The notes below the pieces were generated by a model that was not told the origin of the DNA, ran no database searches, and worked only from the letters and a program-made list of their open reading frames with translations. Below are positions 39,059 through 54,068 of a stretch of 64,000 nt of DNA, piece after piece (within the stretch, counting starts at the first letter, position 1; every line of letters starts with the position of its first letter). The stretch is from contig CP068257.2 in assembly GCA_009914755.4 (NCBI GenBank), positions 25,600,001 to 25,664,000 of the forward strand. The letters are read 5' to 3'. The translations under genes and the position numbers were made by a program. Source of the DNA: the human T2T-CHM13v2.0 reference genome, Homo sapiens.

Positions 39059-41304
39059 TGTACATATAAATTTTTTAAAAAGTGAACATATGTGTTACTA
39101 GAAACATTTGGAGCATTTTTTGACTTTCATTATTGAATTACTGTTGATTTGGGAACTTAATTCTAGGTTGGTATCTACTTTCTCTCAAAACTTTGAAATA
39201 TCTTTCAATTATTTTCTGTTTGCCCTGTGGCCATTGAGACCTTCATAGGCCAACCTAATAGACAATTTGTAAAAGAGCTATTAATACCGTTTTCTTTAAA
39301 AAGTCTTCTGTTTTTATTTGGTTTTGGTAGATTTAGTAATGTATACTATAAATAACATTTTTATCCTAATGGAAATGTTTTATGCTTATTGATCTAAATA
39401 TCCTGGAACATTTTTTCATCTGTTTTGGAAAACAGTAGTATTTCTAGCTATTAATTTATCTTCTCTACTCTCTCTGTCTTATCTTGGTAGAAATCCAATT
39501 AGATCTTTTTGACTTTTTATTATACTCACCATTTCTCTTTAACTCTCCTTCATATTTTTCATTTATTGGTGTCTCTGTTTCTTTCAGGCAGGCTTTAGGC
39601 CTCAATCTGTCTTCCAGTTTATTTGATATCTTCAGATGTGATCATCTATTTGTTTTTTAAATCTATCCATTTAACTTTTAAAATATAAATAATTACATGT
39701 TTCATTTCTGCAATTTTTTGGTCTATCTTTTATTGTTTCATGTTCTGTGCTTGTATTTTCAATGCACTTTTGTTCTTTCAAAATTATACATTCTTTTTTC
39801 ATATTCCAAGTCTGACCGTTTCAACCTCTTAAGTTAATACTGGTCTAATTGTGCCGTTTATGGTTTTTGTAAATTCGTACTTCTAGACACATAGCTCTTG
39901 TTAGTTGGGGAACATAGATTGCTAGTTTATGTTTTGCTGGACTTTGCCACTGGACATCATGTGAAACCGAGTCTGAGGGTTCATCTTTCTAATAGAGATT
40001 CCATTAGTTTTTGACAGGCAAACCAGGGTTTTAACAATTTAGGACCCACTTAAGTTAATAGTTGGCTAAAAGTATCCCAAACAATTTAGTTACTTTAAAA
40101 TGAAATTCCAGCCTTCTCAGAGGACAGGTTCTGTTTACAAATTATTGTGGCAGACATATTTATATTCCTTGGAATCGAAAAAATTTTTATCTCTGACATT
40201 TTTCATATGGGAATTTTTTTCTAATTTATGACATTACTAATGATTGGCTCTCCAAGAGTTTCAGCTTTATGCAAGAGCACCAATTCCTATCTTGCCTAAT
40301 CTATACCCCACACATCCTAATCTCTTCACCACATAGCCATTGTATCTCAAACATTATCTTATTTAATCTTGACGATTTTTAGTTCTCCTTTTTATGGATG
40401 AAAAACATGCTCAGAGATAAAATAGAAGGTCATTTGGTCAAGTTTACAAAGGTAAAAATTCACAAAGCTGAGATGCAAATTTTTCTGAAATACTTATCGT
40501 AATTAGATATTACATACACACACATAGTTATATATGTATATATACACACATACTTATGTATATATACACTCATTATATATAATGATATAAATAATATATA
40601 GCAAGAATTGTCAAACATAAAGTTTAACAATTTAAAACATTAAATTTTAGTGTGAATACACTCAGATGTCTCCCGTCTTCCTCCTATTATTATTTTACTA
40701 TATCTGTGTTATTATATGTTCTTTCATCTATGTGTTCCTCTATCCATCAATAAGTCTATTTTATCTTTGATGCATTTCATGGTAATTGGTACATGTTAGT
40801 ACATTTCCCTACATAGGCTTCAGCATGCCTCTTTTGTTTGCTGATGTAAAAGATTTGTGTAAACACAAATCATGAGTATACGTGCCGAGTTTTGATAAAT
40901 GCATAAAATATGGAATACTTTGTGAATTTGTATGTTATCCCTGGGCACAAGATGATGTGCAAGATAATTTTCTCTGTATCAATTCAATTATAGTACATAC
41001 CCTGCCAAAGAAAGTATTCACATACATTTAAAAATTCTACTTATCGTATCTTTTTTAAAAAGGATTTGAAGTTGGTTATAGAATACATGAGATACATAAA
41101 ATACAGTATAATGTCCTTGTGATAAGATTGAATAACTTTAGAAAGGTTTAGAGTGATGATATTAAGTGGAACCAGGGAGAAGACTAACATGCTTATCACA
41201 CAATTTTTGCACATAAATAATTCTACATGTTACTACTATGAACAGGTTATCAGAGTAATGAAAACCCTGATAATGAGCTGGTGCTAAAGGAGCCAGCCCC
41301 CCAT

Positions 41305-41343
41305 CAAAACACAAACAAAACAAAACAAAACAAAAACAAAAAC
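41305..41343 (+). repeat. (CAAAA)n microsatellite
   Basis: The sequence reads 'caaaacacaaacaaaacaaaacaaaacaaaaacaaaaacac'. Confidence 0.85.
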
Positions 41344-42036
41344 ACTTCATTCCCGGCCTCTGTTTAAAAACTATTTGTGAATAAAATATATATAAGTATG
41401 CTCATTGTAGCAACCACATATTCGTTCTTCAAAGTAAAAAGTGAAATTTCAAATTGGAGGAACTTATGTATATTTTAGAAAGAGTAGTGGAATTTCCACA
41501 AAAAAGAATTTGTGCAACAGTTTTATTTTACAATATCCTTGGATAATCTTTGGCTACGGTTAGGCTTCCTCCATGTTTTGGTAACCCCAGGGCTGACGTT
41601 TGAGGGTCATAATGCATTTTTATTTTTGTTCCAGTTCTCATAGTTGTATTTTCCTTCTCCATCACAAAAATGATTGGATCTCAATCTTGAATACTGTAAA
41701 AACTTAGCCTTGGTTTTGGCTATCAGAGATGACTTACAAATTGTAGTCTGTCTTTAGGCTGCATTCTTCAGAGCAAATATTCTCACAAATCATTAATTTT
41801 AAATAGAGGACTAAGATATTTATTAAATATCACATTTTCATTTTTTTCAATATAAATCATTGAAGACCCTTAGGATCATAGTTATACCCAGGGAGTTTAT
41901 CAATAACCTGTAGAGGATTGAATTACATACATTAATAATTAAATACAGGTAAGACTTTACTTTTCTACTGCAATCACTAGTTACCACAAATGTAGTGGCT
42001 TAAAATGACAAAAAAAAAAAAAAAAAAAAGTATTCT

Positions 42037-42301
42037 CCGGGAGTGGTGGCTCATGCCTGTAATCCCAGCACTTTGGGAGGCCGAGGAGGGCGGATCATGA
42101 GGTCAGGAGATCGAGACCACAATGAAACCCCATCTCTACTAAAAAATACAAAAAATTAGCCAGGCGTGGTGGTGGGCGCCTGTAGTCCCAGCTACTAGGG
42201 AGGCTGAGGCAGGAGAATGTCAGGAACCCAGGAGGCGGAGCTTACAGTGAGCCAAGATCACGCCACTGCACTCCAGCCTGGGTGACAGAACGAGACTCTG
42301 T

Positions 42302-42330
<29 letters not shown>
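42037..42330 (+). mobile_element. Alu SINE (AluY-like) with roughly 18-20-bp internal deletion and 26-nt poly-A
   Basis: 'ccgggagtggtggctcatgcctgtaatcccagcactttgggaggccgagg...ggtcaggagatcgagaccacaatgaaaccccatctctactaaaaaatacaaaaaattagccaggcgtggtgg...' lacks 'tcctggctaacacggtg'. It ends in A26. An A20 run also lies just upstream at 42009-42029. Confidence 0.85.
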
Positions 42331-42332
<2 letters not shown>

Positions 42333-42819
42333 GACTTACAGATCAGAAACCTAGATAGGCTTTATAGGGTCCTTCACTTAGATTCCCTGAAGAGTAAAAT
42401 CAGGTTGTCAGCATGGTTGCCTTTCTTACTGTAGGCTCTGGGGAAGAAGTTGCTTCCGTGATCATTCAAGTTGACAGCCAAGTTCAGTTCCCTGTGATTG
42501 TAGGACTGAGATCCCTGCTTCCTTGCTGGCTGTTAGGTGGCGACCAGCCTTTACTTCTAGAGGTTGACAACATTTTTTCTCATGTTAGGTAAGGTGACAC
42601 CTTCTGCAATACAGCCTGATCATTTTCTCACTTTGAATCTCTCTGACTTTCCCTTCATCTTAGTGTTATTATAAAGAAATACTTTAGATATTCCTAAACC
42701 AAACTTTGAAAGCTGCTTCTTTATATTAGTGGTTTCTGACTGTACGTTTATACTGTAATTTTATCTCTTATTTCCATATCATATCTATGCAATTCATCCA
42801 TATTAAGGCACATTGCTAC

Positions 42820-43215
42820 TTTTTTCACCATGGTATAGTTTTCCATTGCACATACATCACAAAACAGGGATTTATTCTGCTCATAGAAATTTTTTGTGGT
42901 TATTTTGTTTTACTTTAGGCATTTACATATTTTTCTACAACAATGCTGGTAATGTGTTCATATATCTCTCCATATTCCTATGTAAGAGTTTCTTCAGGGC
43001 ACAAGACAGAAAGGGAATTTCTGAATCAAATGGTGTGAACTTACTCCATTTTTGATGACAATATCAAATTATTTTCCACAGTGGTGGTGCCAATTTGCAT
43101 TCTCATAAGCAGTGTGAGTTCCTATTGACTCACATTCTTGCCAACTTGTATTGCTGAACTTTTATATTTCTACAATTATTAGTGATTGAGTCCTCTGAGT
43201 TCTATCTTCAAAAAT
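42820..43215 (+). mobile_element. Diverged LINE-1 ORF2 3'-region fragment
   Basis: 'ttttccacagtggtggtgccaatttgcattctcataagcagtgtgagttcctattgactcacattcttgccaacttgtattg' resembles L1 'ttttccacagtggttgaactaatttacagtcccaccagcagtgtataagtgttcctttttctccacaacctcaccagcatctgttg'. Confidence 0.5.
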
Positions 43216-43779
43216 ATTTATAATGTAGCCAAACAATTCTGATCTCTTATGTGGAAGATAAAATAGTAGAGCCTGTCAACTAGTCTCAGTATGTTCACTC
43301 TCAACACAATCTGTCTAGTCAATTCCCTGTTAAGTCTTTTCCCTTCAGTAGATACAACAATCAAAGGAGCTTGAATATCAGGTCTTGTTAGAATCCTTCC
43401 TAAAATTCTGCAATGACTGTTCAAGGTACTTTGGCTAAGTCTAGGGGCATTTTTTTTTCTATAGCCCAAATTATAAACTTCTGCCTTCCTTTTAAAATAT
43501 TTCTCCTGTTCTCAAAATCCTTCTTTCAGTTTCTGGGAATGGCCAGCTCTCTCCTATCACAGGGCCTTTGCACAGACCCCTGTTCCTAGAACACTTTTCA
43601 CCTTACCTGACTTTTGCTCAGATATAAAATATCAGCTTACATTCAATTATTTTTTACCATTTGCTTTAGATATCAACTTATACTCCACCTCTTGTGAAAC
43701 ATTTTCTCTCACTCCATGATTTACACTAGGTTCCATCTCAAAACACATCTTTATTATTTGTTTCTTCATAGGTTTATAA

Positions 43780-43940
43780 CATTTTGGAATTATTTATTGC
43801 CGGTTCACTTTTATATTCCTTTCTCTACTAAACTGTAAGCTCCATGAAAAAACTTTGCCCACCACTGTGGTCTCCTTTGCATTCCCAATCGTTAATACAG
43901 TGTAGGTGTTTGATCTTCATATATTTTTTGAATAGACAAA
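43780..43940 (+). mobile_element. Possible MIR-type SINE tail
   Basis: 'ctactaaactgtaagctccatgaaaaaactttgcccaccactgtgg...cattcccaatcgttaatacagtgtaggtgtttgatcttcatatattttttgaatagacaaattaat' resembles 'tagactgtaagctccttgagggcagggactgtgtc...cctagcacagtgcctggcacatagtaggtgctcaataaatatttgttgaatgaatgaa'. Confidence 0.3.
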
Positions 43941-44526
43941 TTAATACAATATATGCAGTTTTTCATAGCTATATCATTGCTAACAGATTTACTGGTTTCA
44001 TTTATATATAAATATGCTACATTTAAATATCTAAAGAAACATTTGTCTTTATATAAAGTAAGTAAAATTACTTCAAAATAAATAGGTATGATGGAGATTG
44101 CTATATAACTGCTAGAATATATTGAAAGTAAATGTTAGGTGAACTTTTCATAGATGTACCCACCTTGATTTAATTACTGAAATACTAAAAATGAACATCA
44201 TTTTAAGGCAGCCTACCTAGCATGGATTTCTATGGTTAGTAAAACAATCAGACTCTAGTACGCTTGTAGTTGGATAAAATCTTCATGTGAAAGAGGATTT
44301 TAAAATCACATGTCCTCACAGAATACCACTACTTCCACTACTAAAATTATTTTGGAGATCTTAATTGTCCTAAGGGCTCTATATACATATTTTATTTAAT
44401 CCCTCCACCAATCTCATGAGTTAAACACTGTCATTATCCTTCTTTACACACAAGTAAGGCAAGCCTTAGGAGACATAATAATCTACTTAAAAGTATATGG
44501 CCAGAAATGATAGAGTTGGGACTTAA

Positions 44527-44869
<343 letters not shown>

Positions 44870-46469
44870 TAAACACGGTCCTTATCTAAGGCCTTCTTTC
44901 ATTAGCAGTTGAGCTATGAAAAACATGTTATTATTTAGGATTCACTAAGCAATCAGTGCCTTCACATTGTTTTCTATATATTAGCTTGATTATGGTATTT
45001 TTTTGTAGTAGGGAATCAGAGACAGAAAGAGGACTAAAAATTGCAGACATATTCAATGTGCAAGATATGGCTTGGAAGGGAGAGGGGGATACATAAAAGC
45101 AACACGAATCAGATCTTTAAACTCGGAAAGCTTGTAATTATTTTGGAAAGGAACACATTTTTCTGAATAAATAAATGCATCTGGGAAAAATAATAATTGC
45201 TATTCATTGTGATATCCCGAATCATGAAGAGTAATAGGTAATGTGCAATATTGTTTTAAAAAGATTTTCATACTACCCTTTAAAATTAAATCTGTCAGTA
45301 TTAGAGATAAGCTTGATTATGTAGAAATTAGCTATAACTAAGATGATCTGTAGGGACTAATGGAAAAAAAGCAATAAGAGGTTATTACAGGTAGACGAGA
45401 AATAGTCTTATTTTTTATGTTTACAAAACTGCCTTGTCTTCTAGAGAGTAAAGTAGACATAAATTTGATTCTCATTTAAATACTTGCACTGTCAAATATA
45501 TCATACCATCACAAGAGAAACACACACTGTCCTCCAAATAAACAATTCTAATCCACTATACAATACCTAATTCCATTTTCCTACTATTGCCCAATCTGAA
45601 ATCTTCTTCTCTTTTCTGGCCTGTACTAATAATTCAGTCTAGGCAGGGTCATATGTTTGCAACTGTTAGAATCTGTGTCTCCCTCCTGCTGATTGTTGGT
45701 CTTTCTCTAATAAACTGTTTATCTTGGCCATATTGGCTCTGAGAGTGTAGGGTTCACATGGAATTTCTTTTTGCTTTAGATCTTTTGCTTTCTGACAAAT
45801 TTCTGCCTGTTCTTCTATTGTCCTACCTGTGAAAAAGGTGTTTTCTGCCAACTTGTAGCCAGTAGAGCAAATATATACAAATAATGGAGCATTCTATCAA
45901 ACTGCCAGGCTAGACAATGTCCATCTTGGATGCAGTCCTACTCAAGATGCAAACCATACACATGTGCCTCACCAAGTGAGCCAGCTGGGTGTCTCCCTCC
46001 AGCAGGCCAGAAGCAGGGCCAAGTGTGTACCAACCAGCAGTTGCTTTTAGTAATGTGGGGTGGAATTTGAACTGAATTTCTACAGTCCTTCAATATATGC
46101 ACTGGAATAATTAAAAAGATGTAAATAACAGCTATCAGAATGGTGCCAGACTCTTCACTCCACTGTCCTGCAACTGTCCTCCCCTGTTCATCACCAGAAT
46201 AGTTTCCTGTGGGTCTCTGTTTTCCCAAGCAGGACTTTCAGATTTGGAAGAAAGAATGCATTCAGACTGACTTGCTTAGGTACATTTGCTCCAGAGTTCA
46301 CAGGGACTAATGGATGTGTATACCAGCTGAAGAAGATCACAATTAGAGTGCAGTTTTTTTAAGCTGAAAAGACTAGATTTATTTATAAAATGAAGTGAAA
46401 GTCATTATTAGGAAAGTCATCATTGGAAAGTCATTGTCAGGACATTCTATTTTAAAGTCTAAAAACAAA

Positions 46470-46570
46470 GAAGAAGGGAGGAAGAAAAAAGGAAGGATGA
46501 AAGGAAGGAAGAAAGAAAGATGAAAAGAGAAAGCAAGCAAGAAAATAACAAAGAAACAAACAAAGAAAGA
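46470..46570 (+). repeat. Purine-rich low-complexity tract, (GAAA)/(GGAA)-like
   Basis: The sequence reads 'aagaagggaggaagaaaaaaggaaggatgaaaggaaggaagaaagaaagatgaaaagagaaagcaagcaagaaaataacaaagaaacaaacaaagaaag'. Confidence 0.8.
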
Positions 46571-46920
46571 TGTTTCTTGGCATTTTTCTGGTTCTCCATT
46601 AAATAATAGTTTAGATAGTTGCCAGACTATAACTGTCTTCTAATAAGAAATTATGTGTCTGGACTTAACCACATTTACTGTCTATGCCAGGTCAAGTAAA
46701 TTAAAAAATTGTTGAGATTGTAAAAAGGGAGTCAAAACAATCAGAAACTCATGTGGTAGAGACATCACACCATTTGGAGAGACAGATATGACTAAATTTG
46801 CTTAGTACTTAATCTAATCTTGGAGAAATTACCAAATCTTTCTGACCTTCATTTTGTTATCCTTAAAATAAAGGTGAAAATGAACCTAGTTCATAAGGCT
46901 CATAAAAAATCAATAAGATA

Positions 46921-47273
46921 GTGTTTTAGTTTGTTCTCATGCTGCTAATAAAGACACACCAGAGACTGGGTAATTTATAAAGGAAAGAGGTTTAATGGAC
47001 TCACAGTTCCACATGACTGGGAAGGCCTCACAATCATGGTGGAAGGCAAAGGAAGAGCAAAGGCACATCTTACATGGCGGCAGGCAAGAGGGCATGTGCA
47101 GGGGAACTCCCATTTATAAAACCATCAGATCTCATGAGACTTATTCACTATCACAAGAACAGCATGGGAAAAACCCGCCCCCATGATTCAATTACCTCCC
47201 ACCAGGTCCCTCCTATGACATATGGGGATTATCAAGGTAGATTTGAGTAGGGACACAGAGCCAAACCATATCA
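46921..47273 (-). mobile_element. Solo LTR of the ERVL-MaLR family (THE1-like)
   Basis: 'gtgttttagtttgttctcatgctgctaataaagacacaccagagactgggtaatttataaaggaaagaggtttaatggactcacagttccacatgactgggaaggcctcacaatcatggtggaaggcaaagg...ccaaaccatatca'. Confidence 0.75.
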
Positions 47274-49394
47274 GATAGCATGCATATGTACATAGAAAAT
47301 GTCAAATTGTTCACGATCAGAAAATGTTTATTCTCTCCCCTATTCTTTTCCCTTTCCTCTGTAGCTGTGTGCACATATGTATTTTGATTATGAATGAACT
47401 CCATTTATTCTTTCACCTTCCAGCTGAGCTCTTATCCCTTCCCTGATTTTCTCTTTCACTTAAAAATGGACTAAGGAATTCCACTCTGTTTATATTTTAT
47501 AGCATATATTTAAACATTTCTTTCTCATTATTGTTGGCTAAGTTTTATAGTTCTTCAATGCTGATTGCTACAGTGTCTTTCAAATCCAGGAAAAATATGC
47601 AACTTTGATAGTCCCAATGTGCCTGCAGATTTGTAGGTGGAAGGACTGATTGCTTTATGATTAAGAGTCTGCAATAATTTGTTTAAAAACTTTAACTTGC
47701 AGGCTGTTAATGATTGGACTAAGTGACTGAGGAAAGATCAACTTTAATTGTATGACTTAACTCTACTAAGAGTTTCATAAACACATTTTAACAGTTTTGT
47801 TAGAATAGTTATCATAACATAAATGTATATATTTTTTTAAAATGTGTAATATTGGGAGTGGAATTTATATGAAAACCAACTAAAACATATTCACCCTGTG
47901 ATGTAGCCCCTTAGCACTTTCATAAAAAGTAGTATGAATGTTCACTTTATTTCAAAAGGATATTATTAGATCACATATAAAAGTTAAATATACCTAAAAG
48001 ATAGCAATAATCTAATTATGTAATCAGTTTTAGTTTGGGAATTATTTTTGAGTAATGATGTAATTCTAAGACTGAAGAAAGTTAAGGGATCATATATATA
48101 TATATTTTAAGAGGGAAAAAGGCCAGTTGTATAAAACGTCAGAATCAACAGGCTGAAAATAATTTCAGAGAATGCATTGCAGTTTACTGTTTTCTGGTTG
48201 ATGTAACGAATGGGAATATGCTTTATAGGGCCATGTCTGACTAAGACTACTCTGTCTTCATAATTAATTTTATATTTTCACTACCTCTTATAAAGTAAAG
48301 AAATTAAATTTCTGTAAGTTTAATACATAATAAGAATTATTCAACTTTATATGCTTTAACATCTTTGGAAATTTCATTGTATTTCAACATATTTGTGAGG
48401 TGACAGGGGAGTCTCAATTCTATTCTCATTTTATTTTCCATTTCTTTGTAATTAAAAATCTCATGTGACATAACTACACCTCACTATAGGACATATCCAA
48501 TCCTGACAATTTTTATTTGTTTGAATCAATCTTTACAAGAAATAATAACAATCTGACAGAATTCTGTAAAAGACGGCCAATCAGCAATCAACTTTATAAG
48601 GTACTACAATATCCTGTAAATACAAGTTAAACCAATTTTGAAATAAGACTGTCAGTGCTTCTATTCTTGTTTGATTTGTTTGGCCTGGGTGCAAACATCT
48701 TCTATATAAGGTATTTTATATATCTTAATTGATGTGGCAGTAAAAAATATTTTAGGAATTTCCTTGTCTGCCAATAAGATTCTGTGATGTATTATTTACA
48801 AACATATGTTCTTGCTGTGAGAGTTACTATTAAAAAGAAATATGTGAATTTTTCGTGAACTCCAATTATAGGAGAAATTGCTTTATATGCCTGTCTGGAA
48901 TATAGTTTACCTTCTCTCTGAACCAAAATTATAATAGGCTTAACAATGCCTATGAAGAATCGGGGCTAAGATGTTATCAGTACTTAGATTTCTTAAGTGA
49001 ATGACCTTTGAGCTATATGGCATTTCAATGTTTTATCAACATAGACAAACACAGAAAGAATCCAAAAAAAACCTACTGTAAGAGAAGCTGAAATACTCAA
49101 TAAACCTTTGCATATTTCCTTCGAAATGAAAACAAAACAAAAATAGCATACTTCTTCTACTTTAAATAGTCTATTGCTATCTTCAGATATTTTAGTTTTA
49201 CTTATGCTGCCTCTCAGTATACTAAGAGCAGTGGAAAGTAGCATAGCTAATCATGATGATTTTTTTCAGTATGCATTTCTCATGTGGTCATTTATTAATT
49301 TAAATCAAATTGGAAAAGACAGGTTATTTTTTGAACTTACAAACTAAAATCTTGAGTAGTGGGATATGATTCCTGCTTATGTGATTCCACTGAC

Positions 49395-49520
49395 TTTTTA
49401 TTTCCTCCTTTATTCTACCCATGCTTCCTCCTGCCTTTTCTCCCTTTCTTATTTCTTTGTACTCTGCTTCTTTATTTTTCTTCATCTCCCTTTCTCTTTC
49501 ATTCATCCAGTCTTTTAAAA
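49395..49520 (+). repeat. Polypyrimidine (CT-rich) tract of about 125 bp
   Basis: The tract 'ttcctcctttattctacccatgcttcctcctgccttttctccctttcttatttctttgtactctgcttctttatttttcttcatctccctttctctttcattcatcc' is almost purine-free on the + strand. Confidence 0.8.
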
Positions 49521-52508
49521 TATATAAAATGTCAGCAAATATGGTATTATTAAACATATTCTTCCACAGAATCAGAGGCCATTTTTGGCTTACAGTCGAA
49601 ATGATCAAATATACACCTCTGACAACAGCCAGAAATATTCATGTGTTACTTAAATTTATCTGAAATTTATTTCTACAGAATGATTTTAGAAAAATATCCC
49701 CTTCTTTAAAGAATCTAAAACAGAGCCTGTTCTATTTGATCCATAATGCCCTATGTGTCCTATTCAAACCCTTGTATTTTGACTTTCTCTTCTAGTCTCA
49801 GTGGTTAATTACCATTCCATCCCAAGAGGAAAATAATTTTCTTATGATCCAGTTTTAATAACATATTTTACTCCATGGAATGCCAACATTTATGCTTGAG
49901 ATATTTTTGTAACAAAAGAAAATAGCTAAAGGTGTTGTCATCACTTGAACCTAATGGAATTTGCGTTTTTTTTTTTTTTGACATGACTCTAAGAATTCAG
50001 TCAGTGTGACAAATCCCATATCCTCCATTGTCTATGCTATGTTTCAAAAAAAGGTAAGGTGTTCTCAAATCTGGTAAACTAATTTATTACTTTGAAAAAA
50101 CAAAACAAACCTCTTAACAACTAGAAAGTATGTGTAAGCGTGTATGTATGTATGTGTGTTTTATCAGAATGAAATTATTTTCCTGTTACCAATTAATGAT
50201 CCATACAAGTTTTAGTTTAAACTAACTTTTCCTGATTATTTTTGAATGAATCACTGAAATACTTATGTAGGTAAATTGAAATTCCTTAATCTTTGATCTT
50301 CTTAAGCTTAATTGCAATCTTCATGGCAAATTTGCGTATTCTTGGTAAATGCATTTATTTCATTTATGATTTAAATTTGTGCTTATTAAAATAACAGCTA
50401 ACCATGGTTTTTGGTTTGCAGAAAGGTCTTTTTGTAATTCTATTTACTTCTCCAAATTTATGATGAACACATTATTATTATTATTGTCATTTTAAATTTA
50501 AAGAATCTAAATTTCAGGTAAGTTGATTTTCCATTGCCATGTAAAATATTCATTAGAGAAAAAAGCCTGGAACCCGTATGTCACAATTCCTCATTTAGTA
50601 TTTCTTTGATATTTATCTTATAAAGATACAGCAAGGATCTCTACTTTGCTTTGTCTTTTCTTGTGTTTCTTCAATCTATTCTCCATCCTGATCCTTTCAC
50701 AGTGCAAATCAGATTATGTAACTCTGCTGTTTAAAGCCTGTCTTTGGGTTCCCATTGCTCTCAAAATGAAGACCAAAGTCATGAACGAGGTTCATAAGTT
50801 CCTGCAGTATTTTTTTTATCTTTTTTCAACACCAACATACTTTCATTTGCCCTGGCGTCCTTTGCACTCTGGTCACGTGGCTTTTATTCAATATTTGGAC
50901 TTCCACCAAAGGGATTTCCACCATTTTGATCATACATTCTGAAATGCTATCTCCACTCACTCTCAGATTCCCAACACTGTCTTTCTAACTTTTTCATTTT
51001 GATCTCCAGTGAATACCACTTCCCTCCATCCCTGAAGTTTCTTTTATACCCCTGGAATCTTTTTATACAGAGTATGTGGCTTCCTGCACTTATGTAAACC
51101 ACTACTTGGAATGGCATAATCTAATTGCCTACTCATATCTGATCATTTTGAGTTAAGGTCCACTTCCTTGTTTCTTTTTCCTGCTACTAGTCTTTATCTT
51201 GATGAAATATGATTGGATGCAGGCTACAGAGAATTCTTCAGACAAGTGCCCTTGCAGAGTGCAGTGAAGCACTCTGGCTTTGTGGGAGAAAAAGCTATAC
51301 CATTTCTTTATTTTGCTCTTTCCTTTCATTAAGTCTACATATTCTCCCTAGTAACATGCAGGTCAAATACTTTTTTTTAGTACAAGAAAACTTGATAAAT
51401 ATTGTATCTTTAATAAATACTGTAATGTTGACATCTAATGAAAAATTTGCTGCTCTATAAAAACTACTTTGATTGACTATTTCAAGTGGCTACTGATGTA
51501 TGAGATGAATTGATACATGATTTTGTGCTTCACAATACAATTCTGTTTTTTAATGAATCTCAGCAGTTTTCTATATTCACCAGACATTGTGTTAGAGTTT
51601 CCAAGCGAGTTTCCAAATCCTGTTGACTTTAACAATAAATCTTGCTAATAACTATTTTCTGGAAAGAATATTTTCTTTACCATAAAAAAGTATGTATCTG
51701 CTTTTCTCAGCTTGGCAGACTCTGTATACATTGTTCTCCACTGCGTGGTGACTACACTGACTACAACCTCAAATGTAGCCAAGGGCAAATGATCACTGGC
51801 CAACTTGATCAGCCAAAAGATAACTTTATTTACTAAATTGCATATTTCAAGGGAGTAAAAAGGGATAAACTTTTTGAACAGATTTTCAATTATTAATTTG
51901 TTGGATGCATGAATATTTAGTAAGGGTTATAAGTAATGAGGATATAAGTTGCCAGGCACAGTATAAGTGATATATTAAAAATTGTTGAATGAAATACACA
52001 GGACGATATGGAAGAATCTCACCAACATAACACTGAGTTGAAAGAAGCTAGATGCAAAGGAAGGATATTATATGATTCACATAAAGTACAAAAACAGGCA
52101 AAACTAATTTATTCTGAGAGAATGCAGGATAGCAATTAACCACTGGAGAGAAGCAATGCTTAATGGGAAACATAAGAGGGTGGATGTGGCCTTTGTGGGC
52201 CTAGTCATGCTCTGCTTCTGGTGTACATGCTGATTACAAAGTAATGCTCAGTTTATGAAAATTCAAGCAGCTGAAAATTTACAAAGTAGATGCATATTAT
52301 AATTGAATAAATGAAGATATAGTATTTTCTATAACCTTAATATAAATAAAGAAATATATGTTAGGTTTATTGTAAAAGGAATCAAATATGTCTTTTCCTC
52401 ACAGTTGCAAAATGCATTGAAATTTTACATATTGATAATCTTCTTCATATAGACATATATCATCAATTGACTATATTGTTGTTTCACACATTGTTTAGTA
52501 GTTTAAAG

Positions 52509-52824
52509 TTTTGGTTTTGTTTTGGTTTTTCAGAGACAGGGTCTCACCCTGTTACCAAGGCTAATGTGTATGGCCTAGTCTTAGCTTACTGCAGCCTTGA
52601 ACTCCTTGGACTTAAGTGATCCTCCTGCCTCCACCCGTTGAGTAGCTGAGATACAGGTGTGTCACTATGTTCAGCTAATTAGAAAAACAACAACACCAAA
52701 AAACTGTAGAGACAGGTTCTGACTATGTTGTTCAGGTTGGTCTCAAACCCCTAGCTTCAAGCAATTCTCCTGTCTCAGCCTCCCGAAGTGCTGGGATTAT
52801 AGGTGTGGGTCACCATGCCTAGCC
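52509..52824 (-). mobile_element. Old Alu SINE (AluJ-like, highly diverged)
   Basis: 'cagagacagggtctcaccctgttaccaaggctaatgtgtatggcctagtcttagcttactgcagcc...gggattataggtgtgggtcaccatgcctagcc' has many substitutions relative to the Alu consensus. Confidence 0.75.
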
Positions 52825-52850
52825 TTGACAAATTGTTGTTGATTTAGTGG

Positions 52851-53202
52851 TGTATTAGTCTGTGCTCATGCTGCTAATGAAGACATACCTAAGGGAGTGG
52901 GTAATTTATAAAGAAAAGAGGTTCAATGGACTCACAGTTCCACATGGCTGGGGAGGCCTCACAATCACGGTGGAAGTCGAAGGAAGAGCAAACGCAAGTC
53001 TTACACAGCGGCAGGCAAGAGGCAAGAACTTCCCTTTATAAAAGCATTGTATCTTGTGAAACTTATTCACTATAATGAGAACAGCACAGGAAAAAACCCA
53101 CCTCCATGATTCAATTACTTCCAACTGGATTTCTCCCACAGCATGTGGGGATTATGACAATTCAAGGTGAGATTTGAGTGGGGACACAGCCAAACCATAT
53201 CA
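52851..53202 (-). mobile_element. Solo LTR of the ERVL-MaLR family (THE1-like)
   Basis: 'tgtattagtctgtgctcatgctgctaatgaagacatacctaagggagtgggtaatttataaagaaaagaggttcaatggactcacagttccacatggctggggaggcctcacaatcacggtggaag...ccaaaccatatca'. Confidence 0.75.
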
Positions 53203-54068
53203 AGTGGTACCATAGTTTTTGCAGGAGAAGAGCAAGCAAATTCAAATACAGTTCTATTTTTCATTCTTCTCCAAATAAGAACATGTTTACTAATAGTTCT
53301 GGCCTTTTGGTTCCTTGATGTCAATAAATTGAAGATAGGATAATCCGACATCAGTTCCTTGAGATATTGTGTGCTCATTTTTGGGACAAGAATTATATAG
53401 ATATAAGACACTTACTTTCTTTTAATAGCACACCATCTCCCAGCATACCATTCTTCTCTTTTTATTCATCTCTTAACAAGAATGTAACTACTCATATAGC
53501 ATGAAAATGACATAGAGAACAAAAATTATTAAAGCTCCACTTGTTTAGCTCAAGTAAAGGGTGTTAATCACAATAATGCACAGAGAAATAAGGATACAGC
53601 CAACTCCATTAAAATAACTATACAATCAGATATATCTAGGAGACTGAGATATAATTTCAGAGCAGAAAAATAGTTGATAATCAGAGGGAGGTTATAATGG
53701 ATATTGTGGTGACTTCCCAGAGCCACATTTAGAATGGAGGCACCCACTGTTATAGCCACTGGCATTGGTGCTCTTGGAATTGCCCTCAGCTGAAAAGAAC
53801 TGCTTTGCCTAAAGTCAGGCCTCCTCTCTGGTGTGAAGACCTTGTCTAATGACAGATTAAAATAATGTGTGAAGGTCTGTCTCCTTTGGCTTAGTGAGTG
53901 TCAACTCTGCAGGGCTGGCTCATCTCCAGATCTCCTCTTGAGGTTGTTGTGAATGTATCACTGTTCATCATTGCCTCCTGCCCAATCCTATTTTTTTCAC
54001 CCTCCACAGTCATTGTTCTTGCAACCACCCCCCAATAAAATCCCTGTGTACAAACATCTGTCTCAGGG

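Noticed and set aside
39100-40400. AT-rich stretch that superficially resembles antisense LINE-1
   Set aside because: I could not produce a convincing collinear alignment to the L1 consensus from memory, so it is left unannotated rather than guessed.
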